Assembly: GCA_050115495.1 (NCBI GenBank)
Contig: JASFQK010000037.1
Coordinates: 1 to 64,000, forward strand
Direction: 5' to 3'
Length of the DNA: 64,000 bases
Origin: Phycisphaerae bacterium
GTDB lineage: Bacteria > Planctomycetota > Phycisphaerae > UBA1845 > Fen-1342
Shown: positions 28,401-36,704 of the stretch, piece after piece
Layout of the letters: every line of letters starts with the position of its first letter
How positions within the stretch are numbered: the first letter of the stretch is position 1
Made by a program: the position numbers and the translations under genes
Notes under the pieces: generated by a model
Database searches by the model: none
Seen by the model: only the letters and a program-made list of their open reading frames with translations
What the model was told of the DNA's origin: nothing

Positions 28401-28753
28401 GTGCCGGTTACGCTGTCGAGGTACTCCTCGACCATGTTGAGGGAATCGAGGAGGACCGCCAACTGACCGGCGCCCGTGCCGCCCACGCCGCCGCCGGGCA
28501 AGCCCTGGGCGGACATCTGGACACGAGCCAGACCGGTCGCCTGGCCCATGGCGGACTCGCCGAAGATGCCGTCATCCCAGTCGACGAACCAGCCGGAGCC
28601 CAGTTGATCCAGGAATACTCCGCCGCCGGTACCGGTGACCGTGTCGAAGTCCTCATCCACGAGCTGTGCCGTCGCAACTCCGCCGGTGGCGAATGCCAGC
28701 AGCAGAACGACGGTCGCAACAGGGAACCTCACTCTCTTCTGCCCAGCCGCCAT
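25472..28753 (-). CDS. Secreted ~1093-aa protein with four nested copies of a CBM-like beta-sandwich, a CBM4/9-like insert and a dockerin-like tail
   Basis: Signal peptide; repeated EDF, WDDGI..E.A, WYAG.AW, LR.ED.DG, DGT(W/Y/F)Q..GG.L, WG.G..L..DN motifs; LQNPGFE; CDEDSDVDLLD...DVDGDGDIDQDD. Confidence 0.85.
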   Translation of the reverse strand: MAAGQKRVRFPVATVVLLLAFATGGVATAQLVDEDFDTVTGTGGGVFLDQLGSGWFVDWDDGIFGESAMGQATGLARVQMSAQGLPGGGVGGTGAGQLAVLLDSLNMVEEYLDSVTGTGGGAFLVGDGYTPNLSATTSDWDDGIEDESAFCYMRSGAVLNGDASAQGLTNGGLGGTGGGQIAVTDVTLNGGNWYAGLAWSIPVWPGGSGVLQNPGFELGLWDTIAGWDVWCDTSGSYPSVLIVTTDPQAGSQDLKVWGRASGMNSAGVAQELRAEPGQTWQLDCWSSHHAADGIDGTSNYAEMRIEFYDGISEEPLATTAATVLDGSSPLDTWIDNTPIQLTAPAGTLTVRAALQLVHPGSDGGAVFFDTVSFQVISGPPAFDRSEYSLTADIKGDANTAEGEIYGHYQLRVEDADGDRLVFESPVVADGTWQAIGGTLDQAIEKNSSDVPATGVFDFDSETFRVMLLFDPTRAPTWGTGGSLIIDNLVLTNDRPDGSDFSGALVWDLPPMSTLDPRYVTMSADVQGNVVGAKYELRLQGYVAIPNVDEDFAAITTDTEVQIAATDETDVTFEDWNSQIDNEEAFFHAVDATVTATGGVWVRGLTTGGYGDNGSCMQIEVRDVWPEDYGYWYAGAAWRDQILASTNLANVTISAKVKGTWNESWLQEPAQYILRLEDPDGDWIGFDQVYDGTYQSIGGPLSGYTVSGFADGSNGVFDLDTNLSYAVVIMFIGEGPPSSAYGNWGGTLTVDDVYLSPSPAPRLKEAGHVSFAGTADGTFQSVGAVLADGESTWPPEGGQFYPEWGSTITSWDIGIEGETAFAGFGWGASIETASVEGCTDCGVGGGGGGKLTVTGIQSPPGWYWAGVAWPGIEINMSNLSQVSFTADCKGVWDPGAGESAGMITLRLEDQNGRRISWDSPAVDGTFHTLGGTLNTFTAEDGFDTSAPSYIATIIVFGYRTPTWGTGATVYFDNVAVSDPSGALLAEDFETVVGPVPGSLVGMDAFAVTLSMQNGLFTWGDGASLVVDNLQFGMLPHSCDEDSDVDLLDFATFQSCFSGDGGGVGGGCTCVDVDGDGDIDQDDMTLLSGFYTGPE

Positions 28754-28903
28754 GGTCTGGCTCCTTCTTCTTCCGATGCCCGGCAGTCGCCCCACAATGC
28801 GGCCACCGAGATGCGTCGCTCCTGTCCCTATGGCTCCGGCGGCGTCGCCGTCGGCGGCAACATCCCGGGCCGGAGCGTCTCGTCCACCACGTGCCATACA
28901 GTC

Positions 28904-31786
28904 TCAATCGGTGTTCTTGCGTATCTCCAACGTGCCCAGATAGTAGAACCCGTATTCGTTCGTGTTCGTCGCGCCCTTGTCGATGGTAATCGTGATGGCG
29001 TTCTGGGCGTTCGGCCCCATGTCCAGAATGCCGGCGATTTCCGATTGGTTATTGGACGCGTCGAGTGTTTCCATCGCCACGGACGAGCCGATCACGAGGT
29101 AGTCCGTCGTCCGGATATCCGCGACGCCCATGCGCGAGGCGAAGAAGATCAGGTCGTAGGTCGCCGTGGGATCCAGACCGGACAGCGTGATCCGTGCCAC
29201 CGGGAACGTGCCGCCGCTGAAGGGGATGCTGTTCCCGAAGAGCGAGTCCTGGAGAGCCGTGATGGGGTATTGCAGCGCGTCCAGGTCACTGCTCGGGGCA
29301 GGGCTGGTCGTGCCATTGGTGTTGGCCCCGTTGAATCGATAGGAGGGGTCGATCGTCAGCACGATACCGCTGGATTCGCCCGCCGCCGTGTCGAGCGGAA
29401 TGGCGCTGCCCATGTTGCTGGTGTGCACGTTGTTCCAGTAGCGCGGCGCGCCGCTCGTCGTCAACGTGGGGCTGCCGAAGTCAACCAGCACGACGTCATT
29501 CGTGACGGCCGGCGTCACCGTGAGGTACACCTCGAGCGTGCAGTCCACATAGCCGGGGGCGAAGGCCGTCACCGTGGCCCAGTGGCTTCCGAGCGACAGG
29601 CCCAGGGCGTCCACATCGAGCGTGATCGGCGAGCCGGCGACCCACGAGGCCGGCAGGCTCAACCAGGTCGGCGCTTCTTGTGTCGCCTGGTCGATCGCCA
29701 CCAGCTTCACGATCGGCGTGCTGGAGTCGCTGGCCACGACGATGGTCGTGCCCTGCGTGGTCTCGTCCTGGACGACGCTCAGCGTCAGCTCGTCCGGCTG
29801 GAACGCCAGCTCGGGCGGCGGCGGCACGTAGGCGATCTGAGACTCGGCGAAGTCGACCAGGTCCACGTCGCCGTCGCCGTCGGCATCCACGATGCAGCAA
29901 AGCCCGTCGTACAAGGGTGGATCGCAATAGGCCGTGGGGCAGGGGCCCGTCAGACACTCGGACTGCTCCGCAGCCCCGCTCGACGGGATGGCGACGCGCA
30001 CGTTGTCGAAGATGACGAAAGCGTGGCCCGTCGTGTTCTGCCCGACGTAGTGATCGAACAGCCCCAGCATGATATTGCCGGAGTCGAAGCCGGATTCGTT
30101 CGCCGCCTCGTAGATGACGGTGCCGTTGAGCTTCCAGGTGACCACGCCGTCCTGCTGCGTGATCTCCCCCTCGACCCACTGGCGTCCCGGCGAGCCCGCC
30201 GCGGAGTCGCCGATCGGGTCGCCGCTGACGGCGGGGAAGAGGTCGCGCAGCAGCGGTTGGGTTTCGTCCCAGTGCGGAACCGGAAGCCGTGTCGGTGCGG
30301 CCTCCTCGTTCCCGTAGTACGCGTTGTAGTCCTTGATTACGCCGCCAGTGGGGTAGTACCCCACGGCATCGCCACCGTCGCCGGCCACGGCGAAGAAGAC
30401 GCCGTCCGAATCCGACGTGACGGCTTCCGACCCGGCGAGCCTCGACCCGCTATGGTTGATGCCGAAGCAGGCGTGCTCGGTGGACTCCGGCGAATTCCAG
30501 CTTATGTACATGTCCCAGCGCAGGGAGAAGTCACCGTCGAAGAACCAGCCGGTGGGGAAGGCGCAGACGCCGGACGGGGCCGCGGGCCCGGCGGCCGTGT
30601 TGGCCGTCATCTTCAGGCCGCGCGTCGTGCCGCCTTGCGAATTGGGGGCGCTCGGAATCGACGCCGCGCCGTAGTCGAAGTTGAATACGGCCGAGTCACC
30701 GCTGCCGCCCGCGATGATCGTCCAGGCGGCCGAGGTATCCGTATCGAAGTCGTCCGACCATACGGTCGCCCAGATTCGTTCGCACTCGTCGGGAACGCCG
30801 TTGCCGTCACAATCGTCACTCGTACCCGCACTGATATCGCAGTCGTCGGGGATCGTGTTCCCGTTGCAGTCGGTTTCACGCCAGTCGGGCACGCAGTTCG
30901 CGTTGCAGTCCGACCCCGCGGCGCCGCAGGGGTGCGGGATCACCGCGTCGGCATACGCCTGGAGGTCCGCTGCTTCCTGTTCGGTCAGGCTGCCGAACAC
31001 CTTGGGCAGGCCGACCACGCTCTCGGAGTAGACCGTTCCGTAAATGACCAGGGCGGCGAGGTACGTTCCACGCGAGTTGGCGTGATAGAGATCGGAGGCG
31101 TGGAGGTTGGCCCAGCCGGTGTCCTCCCAGGCATCGCCCACCGGTGCCACCCACGCGCGATCTGCGCCGAGCGTGATGTCGATGTCCTGCTCCGCCTCTC
31201 GATAACCTGCCCGGAGCTCCTCCTGCATCTGCGCGGGGCCGCCGGGGAACGAGGGGTTGGCCCCGCTGTAGTATTCGTGTCCCGGTGCCCGGGCCCAGGT
31301 CTCGTACAGAATCGCGCCGGCGCCGGGGCTGTGGCTCCGGACCTCGCCGTACAGGGCGAGCAGGTCGGTGCGGAACTGGTTGAGCGCACCGATGTGCGTG
31401 GGTCGCGTCGAGTACCCCTGGAGGACCACGTAATCCCACTGGAAGCCGGGATCAGCCACGAAATCCTGCGGTGTGCTGATGACGGCCAGGTTGTTGGTCA
31501 GGTGCCAGGTCAGCGTTTGGCCACTCGCCGCGGCGTTCTCGATGTTGGGGTCCGCGTGCCCCGCGGCCGTGGCCAGTATGCCGACCACCCCCGGTACGCC
31601 TCCCAGGACTTCCGCCTCCGAAGAGCCCGAGCCCAGCGTGAAGCTGTTGCCGTAGAACAGGATGGTCAGCGGCTCATCCGCCCGGGCAGCGCCCGGCAGA
31701 CCAGCCAGGAGAGTGGCTCCACACGCCACCACGAGGCAAGCCGCGCGGAGACCGCCCCCGTGATTGGTACATCGTTTGTCACTCAC
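28904..31786 (-). CDS. Secreted multidomain SGNH (DUF4886-like) esterase with DCNxN repeats, lectin-like, dockerin-like and Ig-like domains
   Basis: ILFYGNSFT, WDYVVLQ, YETWAR, APVGDAW, DLYHAN; DCNANCVPD/DCNGNTIPDDC/DCDGNGVPDEC; DADGDGDVDLVDFA; GGAGGT RBS. Confidence 0.85.
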   Translation of the reverse strand: MSDKRCTNHGGGLRAACLVVACGATLLAGLPGAARADEPLTILFYGNSFTLGSGSSEAEVLGGVPGVVGILATAAGHADPNIENAAASGQTLTWHLTNNLAVISTPQDFVADPGFQWDYVVLQGYSTRPTHIGALNQFRTDLLALYGEVRSHSPGAGAILYETWARAPGHEYYSGANPSFPGGPAQMQEELRAGYREAEQDIDITLGADRAWVAPVGDAWEDTGWANLHASDLYHANSRGTYLAALVIYGTVYSESVVGLPKVFGSLTEQEAADLQAYADAVIPHPCGAAGSDCNANCVPDWRETDCNGNTIPDDCDISAGTSDDCDGNGVPDECERIWATVWSDDFDTDTSAAWTIIAGGSGDSAVFNFDYGAASIPSAPNSQGGTTRGLKMTANTAAGPAAPSGVCAFPTGWFFDGDFSLRWDMYISWNSPESTEHACFGINHSGSRLAGSEAVTSDSDGVFFAVAGDGGDAVGYYPTGGVIKDYNAYYGNEEAAPTRLPVPHWDETQPLLRDLFPAVSGDPIGDSAAGSPGRQWVEGEITQQDGVVTWKLNGTVIYEAANESGFDSGNIMLGLFDHYVGQNTTGHAFVIFDNVRVAIPSSGAAEQSECLTGPCPTAYCDPPLYDGLCCIVDADGDGDVDLVDFAESQIAYVPPPPELAFQPDELTLSVVQDETTQGTTIVVASDSSTPIVKLVAIDQATQEAPTWLSLPASWVAGSPITLDVDALGLSLGSHWATVTAFAPGYVDCTLEVYLTVTPAVTNDVVLVDFGSPTLTTSGAPRYWNNVHTSNMGSAIPLDTAAGESSGIVLTIDPSYRFNGANTNGTTSPAPSSDLDALQYPITALQDSLFGNSIPFSGGTFPVARITLSGLDPTATYDLIFFASRMGVADIRTTDYLVIGSSVAMETLDASNNQSEIAGILDMGPNAQNAITITIDKGATNTNEYGFYYLGTLEIRKNTD

Positions 31787-31819
31787 GCGGCACCTCCGCC
31801 TGTGGGGAGCCTCGCAGGC

Positions 31820-32698
31820 CTACCTGCGCCGTCGGAGCACGCACGCTCCGACGGCGAGCAGGAGAAGCCCGCTGGACGGCTCGGGCACGATGAACTGATC
31901 CGCTGCGGCGGAGAGGTAGTCGCCGTAGGGCTCCGGCATGCCCAGGCTCGCCAGCACGTCCGTCAGGTCGATGTCGCTGACGTCGTCCTCGTAGATCGTT
32001 CCGTAGATGACCAGCGACGCCAGCAACGTACCGCGGTTGTTCGCGTGGTAGCGGTCGGCGGCGTGCAGGTTGCTCCAACCGGTGTATTCCCACGCGTCGC
32101 CCACGGGGGCCACGCGCGACGTCTCGATGCCGGTCAGGGCGTTGACATCGGCCGTGGAGAGGGCGTACCCGTCCCGCAGCTCCTGCTGCATCTGGGCCGG
32201 CCCGCCGGGGAACTCCGGCGGACTGCCTTCGTAGAACTCGTGCCCCGGTGCGCGGGCCCAGGTCTCGAACCCGATCACCTGCGCGTCCGGGCTGTGGGCC
32301 GCGACCGCCTGGTACATCGAGACGAAGTCGGCCCGGTGGGCCGCCAGATCGCCGATGTGCGTCGGCTGCGTGGAGTAGTCCTGCAGAATGACGTAATCCC
32401 ACGTCTGACCGGCGGGGATGCCGGTGGTAATGATCCCGAGGTTGCTCGCCAGATGATCCCCCAGGCTCCAGCCTTCCACGGCGGCGCTGACCACGTACGG
32501 ATCTTCCTGGCCGGCCGCCACGGCGATGTCGTTCACCAGATCGGAGACGCTTCGCGTGCTCCAGGAGCCGAGGGTGAAGCTGTTGCCGTAGAAGAGCAGT
32601 TTCTTCTCGGCACTGGCCGGAGCGACCAGGATGAGCATCGCCACCAGCGCAACGGCGGCCCGGCCAGGATGTCTGCAGGCCTGCGCATGTCGGAACAT
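31820..32698 (-). CDS. SGNH (DUF4886-like) PEP-CTERM protein
   Basis: LLFYGNSFT, FETWAR, DRYHAN; VPEPSSGLLLLAVGACVLRRRR. Confidence 0.88.
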   Translation of the reverse strand: MFRHAQACRHPGRAAVALVAMLILVAPASAEKKLLFYGNSFTLGSWSTRSVSDLVNDIAVAAGQEDPYVVSAAVEGWSLGDHLASNLGIITTGIPAGQTWDYVILQDYSTQPTHIGDLAAHRADFVSMYQAVAAHSPDAQVIGFETWARAPGHEFYEGSPPEFPGGPAQMQQELRDGYALSTADVNALTGIETSRVAPVGDAWEYTGWSNLHAADRYHANNRGTLLASLVIYGTIYEDDVSDIDLTDVLASLGMPEPYGDYLSAAADQFIVPEPSSGLLLLAVGACVLRRRR

Positions 32699-32807
32699 GA
32701 CAGTCTCCACTTTCCCAGCGCTTCCGCGACCGGCGGTCTCCGCAGGCCTGCGCGCAGGACGGGTAGACATCTCCTGCGCGACAAGCCCGCGGAGATCTGC
32801 GCGGCGT

Positions 32808-33500
32808 TTAGCGCCGCCGCAGGACCGCCACACCGCCAAGCAGGAGCAGGGTCAGCGTCGCCGGTTCGGGCACGACGTCCATCTTCATGGCGCCGAGGTA
32901 GTAGAACCCGTAGCTGTTGTTGTTGTTGGGGCCGGGCTGCACGTCGACGGTGATCTCGCCGGTGGGCGTCGGGCTGATGCCCGAGATCACCACGACGTTG
33001 CTCGTGTTGCCCACGGATTCCAGCACGGCGCTGCCGGCGTTCATGCCGGTGATGTCGTACTGGGCCTCACGGTTGTCGCTGGAGCCCATCCGCGACGCGA
33101 AGATCGTGAAGTCGTAGGTCAGCGCGGGGTCCAGTCCCGTCAGACGGAACCCGGCCGTCGGCTGAACCTGCTCGTACCAGGGCTGCGTGCAGCCATACAG
33201 GCTGTCGCGGGTGGCCTGCGGATCGAAGATCGCGGCGTCGCCGGTCGGCGACTGCGTTCCGTTGTTGTTGGCCGACGTCGTGTAAAAGGCGTCGTACACG
33301 GTCAAGCCGATCCCGGTGTAGGCGCCGCTGTCATTGACGCAGTCGGCGATGGGGTACTGGTGCCAGTCGAGGTTGTTGTAGTTGCCGGGGGTGTGATTCG
33401 GTTCGTCGCCGAAATCGAAGAACAACGACTCTGCCATTGCCGGCATGGCCAGCGCGAACAGGCACGCGATCACCACCACACTCATTGCTGCACGGTACAT
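32808..33500 (-). CDS. PEP-CTERM protein, single beta-rich domain
   Basis: AGGAGG RBS, signal peptide, VPEPATLTLLLLGGVAVLRRR; homologous to the last domain of 28904-31786. Confidence 0.88.
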   Translation of the reverse strand: MYRAAMSVVVIACLFALAMPAMAESLFFDFGDEPNHTPGNYNNLDWHQYPIADCVNDSGAYTGIGLTVYDAFYTTSANNNGTQSPTGDAAIFDPQATRDSLYGCTQPWYEQVQPTAGFRLTGLDPALTYDFTIFASRMGSSDNREAQYDITGMNAGSAVLESVGNTSNVVVISGISPTPTGEITVDVQPGPNNNNSYGFYYLGAMKMDVVPEPATLTLLLLGGVAVLRRR

Positions 33501-33632
33501 GTCAGTCTTCTCCTCCTGAAAGGGGTGAGAGGTTTTCGCCGCACGCTGGCTCGCCGCTGGCGACCCCAGTGACGGGCCGGCAAGAAGGGCCATGGACGCC
33601 GCCGCGCCTCCTCACCCGCGTGGGACGACCCG

Positions 33633-33682
33633 GTAACAGTTACCGTTTCTGTTCCGGATCATAACCGATTTCTGGTCGGCAA
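33633..33682 (-). promoter_or_regulatory. Leftward promoter and operator of the glycan locus
   Basis: Minus strand TTGCCG-N13-TATGAT-CC-GGAACAGAAAC-G-GTAACTGTTAC. Confidence 0.6.
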
Positions 33683-34048
33683 TGCAATGCCAAGTTAACC
33701 GAAAACACGCTGTTCGCTCATGGCTTCGGGGGCGGTTCCGGGGCCCGTGTTTCGCTGCCCGTTTCGCCCGGTCTGCGGCCGCCGACCGCCGCCGGCGGGG
33801 GGATGGCGCTCCGTTGCCCGACCCGACAGCCGGGCGAAGTGCCGGCGGGGCCGGCCCGCGGGCCGAATGGGCGGATTCCGCGGGAATATGCCGGAAAAAC
33901 GGGCGAATGGCCCCTCGCCCAACCGGTGAGCCGGGGGCAGACAGGGTGCATCGATCCCGTAGCTTGGCGCGGCCGCGGGCGGCAGGTGACGCTCGGCGGG
34001 CGGTTTACGAACGCGTCGCCCCATCGGCGGAAAACGTGGCGTTACCTA

Positions 34049-34099
34049 TTGACGCGGACGGGCGTGTTATGATAGTGTAACAGATACCGTATCAGTTAC
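34049..34099 (+). promoter_or_regulatory. Rightward promoter and operator upstream of the LacI gene
   Basis: TTGACG-N13-TATGAT-AGT-GTAACAGATAC-C-GTATCAGTTAC. Confidence 0.65.
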
Positions 34100-34168
34100 G
34101 CTGACGCGTAACGCGACAGGCGAGTCGCGCCGCCTGCCCGTTCGCGCGGAACATAGTGAGTGCAGCGA

Positions 34169-35224
34169 ATGGCATCTGTAAGAAAAATCGCGGATCGGGC
34201 GGGCGTGTCGATTGCGACCGTCTCGCGTGCTCTCCACAACGAACGCGGTATCAGCCCCGATACACGGAGGCGGATATTGGCAATCGCGAACAGCGCCGGC
34301 TATTTCCGGGAGGCCCCCCAGCGCAGCACCTCACTGGTCGGCTTCGTCTACATCGGTGAGCAGACGCTCTCGCACCCCTTCGATGCCGCCGTGCTGGACG
34401 GACTCTCCAAGGGTCTGCGGCCGGACGGTTACGACCTGGTGATCCTGAACCCGCAGCGCCGGCGGCAGTCGGCCATGGAGTTCGCGCAGCTCATCTGCCG
34501 CATGAACGTGCTCGGCGTCGTGTTGCGCACGATGTCGGAGTCGCGCGACGTGTGCGAGGCGATGGCCGAGATCGGCTTCCCCCACGTCGTGATCTCGGAG
34601 CGGTTCGAGGGTGATGCCCGGGTCAGCTACGTTGATTCCGACTCGCGGGCGGCCAGCATGCAGGCCACCGAATACCTGATCTCGCTGGGCCACCGCCGCA
34701 TCGCCTTCGCGACGCACAACGTCCCGGACCACGATCACCTGGATCGTTATGACGGGTACGCCGAGGCGCTGGCCAAGCACGGTCTGGCCGTCGAAGAGGA
34801 CCTCGTGTTCCGGCACCCGGCGGACGTGCCGGGCGGAGCCACGGTGCTGAAGATGGCCATGAGCATGAAGGACCGGCCCACGGCCATCTACTTCGCGGAC
34901 TGGCTGCTGGCCATCGGCGGGCTGAAGGCGGCGCATGCCATGGGCGTGCGCGTGCCGGCAGACCTTTCGATCATGGGCGTCGACGACGCGGAACTGCGGC
35001 ACACGGTACATCCGACGCTGACCGCGGTGTGCCAGAATGCGTTCGACGTGGGTGCGAAAGCAGGGCAGGCCCTAGGCAAGATCCTCGCGGGGCAGGTTTC
35101 CGGCCCGCTACGCATCTCGCTGCCCGGGTTCTTCGAGATCAACGAGTCAACCGGAGTGCCGCAGCAGCACGCCGGCAGCACGGCGCCAGACGGGGATGGC
35201 AACGGTGGTTCCAGGCCGTTTTAA
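34169..35224 (+). CDS. LacI-family transcription regulator
   Basis: SVRKIADRAGVSIATVSRAL; LGHRRIAF, RPTAIY, VPADLSIMGVDD, PTLTAV. Confidence 0.95.
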   Translation: MASVRKIADRAGVSIATVSRALHNERGISPDTRRRILAIANSAGYFREAPQRSTSLVGFVYIGEQTLSHPFDAAVLDGLSKGLRPDGYDLVILNPQRRRQSAMEFAQLICRMNVLGVVLRTMSESRDVCEAMAEIGFPHVVISERFEGDARVSYVDSDSRAASMQATEYLISLGHRRIAFATHNVPDHDHLDRYDGYAEALAKHGLAVEEDLVFRHPADVPGGATVLKMAMSMKDRPTAIYFADWLLAIGGLKAAHAMGVRVPADLSIMGVDDAELRHTVHPTLTAVCQNAFDVGAKAGQALGKILAGQVSGPLRISLPGFFEINESTGVPQQHAGSTAPDGDGNGGSRPF

Positions 35225-35247
35225 GGGCGGACACGGAGCGACGTAAC

Positions 35248-36360
35248 ATGCGCACTTCTCGCTCAACCGGATCGACAGGGTTTCGCCGCCGGGCACGGGC
35301 GTTCACGCTGATCGAGCTATTGGTGGTGGTGGCGATCATCGCCCTGCTTATCGCCATTCTCCTGCCGTCGTTGTCGCTCGCCCGGGAGCAGGCGAAGGCG
35401 ACCGCGTGCCTGTCCAACATCCGCAGCATGGGGCAGATGGTGCACACGTTCGCGAACGACCGCGAAGGCTGGTTCCAGATTGCCGCGTCGGCCAACGGGC
35501 TGCTGCAGGCCGATCGCGACAAGCAGAAATACATGTATGGCGACGGCGGCGAGGTGCTGGCCTGGCCGGTCGCCCTGGCGCGGGCCAATTACTCGGGTTT
35601 CCGCAACAACTGGGATTGGGGTGTTCGCTCTCTACGAACCGACGCGATGTCCAAGCGCAGTGAGATGAGCAACCAGTTTATGGTGGCCGCCTGCCCGGCG
35701 GACCAGGTGCAGGTCGCGACGCCGTTCTTTCCACGTGGTTCAGCTCTGATCGGGGCCGATCCGACCGGTCTGACGGGATCTGACGTCTCGTACTGGGGCC
35801 GGCTGAGCTACGGGTTGAACGAAGACATCGCCGGGATTGAAGACACGGATACCCCGGTGCGCTACCCGGCCTGCTGGCGGTCGACGTATAGCGACACTGG
35901 CGATTGCACCGAGTGCATCGGCGGCTTCTGGTATGGCCCGAGCAGCCCGTGCTTCCGCCAGGAAGGAAGGCGGCTGCGCGGTCGCCTGGATCTGGTGTAC
36001 GAGCCGGCGACGGTGGCGTTGCTGGTCGACGCCGGACCGAACAACGGCGCCGCTCCCGGGGCGACCGGCGGGGTGGCGCACGATGCGAATCTGTTCAATA
36101 GCTGGCAGATGGAGGCCGGCGGCAACCTCGCCGCCATAGGGCCGTACCTGGGCAACTGCGTGCAGTACATGGGGCCGCGGATTCCGACCAACCGGCATCC
36201 GGACGGCAGGGTCAACATTCTGTACGCCGACTGCCACGGTTCCTGGGCGAAGCCGACGGGAGAGTGGTCCCAGCCGAGCGGGAACGTGCCGGCCCTGCCC
36301 AAGCGCTATACGCCACGCGTGCGGGTTTCACCCTATAGCGACGGCGGCGCCCGGCCGTAA
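35248..36360 (+). CDS. Prepilin-type N-terminal cleavage/methylation protein (DUF1559-like)
   Basis: [40 protein letters not shown]-terminal RHPDGRVNILYADCH (H-X9-DG variant). Confidence 0.92.
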   Translation: MRTSRSTGSTGFRRRARAFTLIELLVVVAIIALLIAILLPSLSLAREQAKATACLSNIRSMGQMVHTFANDREGWFQIAASANGLLQADRDKQKYMYGDGGEVLAWPVALARANYSGFRNNWDWGVRSLRTDAMSKRSEMSNQFMVAACPADQVQVATPFFPRGSALIGADPTGLTGSDVSYWGRLSYGLNEDIAGIEDTDTPVRYPACWRSTYSDTGDCTECIGGFWYGPSSPCFRQEGRRLRGRLDLVYEPATVALLVDAGPNNGAAPGATGGVAHDANLFNSWQMEAGGNLAAIGPYLGNCVQYMGPRIPTNRHPDGRVNILYADCHGSWAKPTGEWSQPSGNVPALPKRYTPRVRVSPYSDGGARP

Positions 36361-36526
36361 GTGCCTGCTGGTTCGGCGGGTGGATCGCCGGACCGATCGT
36401 GGACAGAGCACCTCGATCAGGAGGGAGGTGCGCATCGCTTCGACCCGAGCCGGCGGTCCTGGCGGCGCAGCGACAGCCGGTCGTGAGCGATGCACGCCGG
36501 GCCCGGTGGGTAGCAGCTTCCGGACG

Positions 36527-36701
36527 GATATGACCCACGACTTCCACGTGGTGCGCGGTGGGCGATCTGCGTGTCTTCGCCGGCTGCACGGGCGGGCCCG
36601 CCGTGGAAGCCGGCTCCGGATGTTCGTGCATGGATGTGGACGGCGACGGCGACGTCGACCTGGGCGAGTACGCGCTGCTACAGCGCGCCCAGGCACCGTG
36701 A
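36527..36701 (+). pseudogene. Frameshifted dockerin-like remnant
   Basis: DMTHDFHV in one frame, then GDLRVFAGCTGGPAVEAGSGCSCMDVDGDGDVDLGEYALLQRAQAP* in the next frame, which has an upstream stop at 36531. Confidence 0.65.
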
Positions 36702-36704
36702 GTC

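Noticed and set aside
28604..32953. 1449-aa plus-strand ORF
   Set aside because: Antisense shadow of well-supported minus-strand genes; Arg/Gly/Val-rich with no motifs, as expected in high-GC DNA
33720..34020. Possible ncRNA or repeat in the very GC-rich spacer (recurring GGGCGAA)
   Set aside because: No consistent repeat unit or recognisable RNA family by eye
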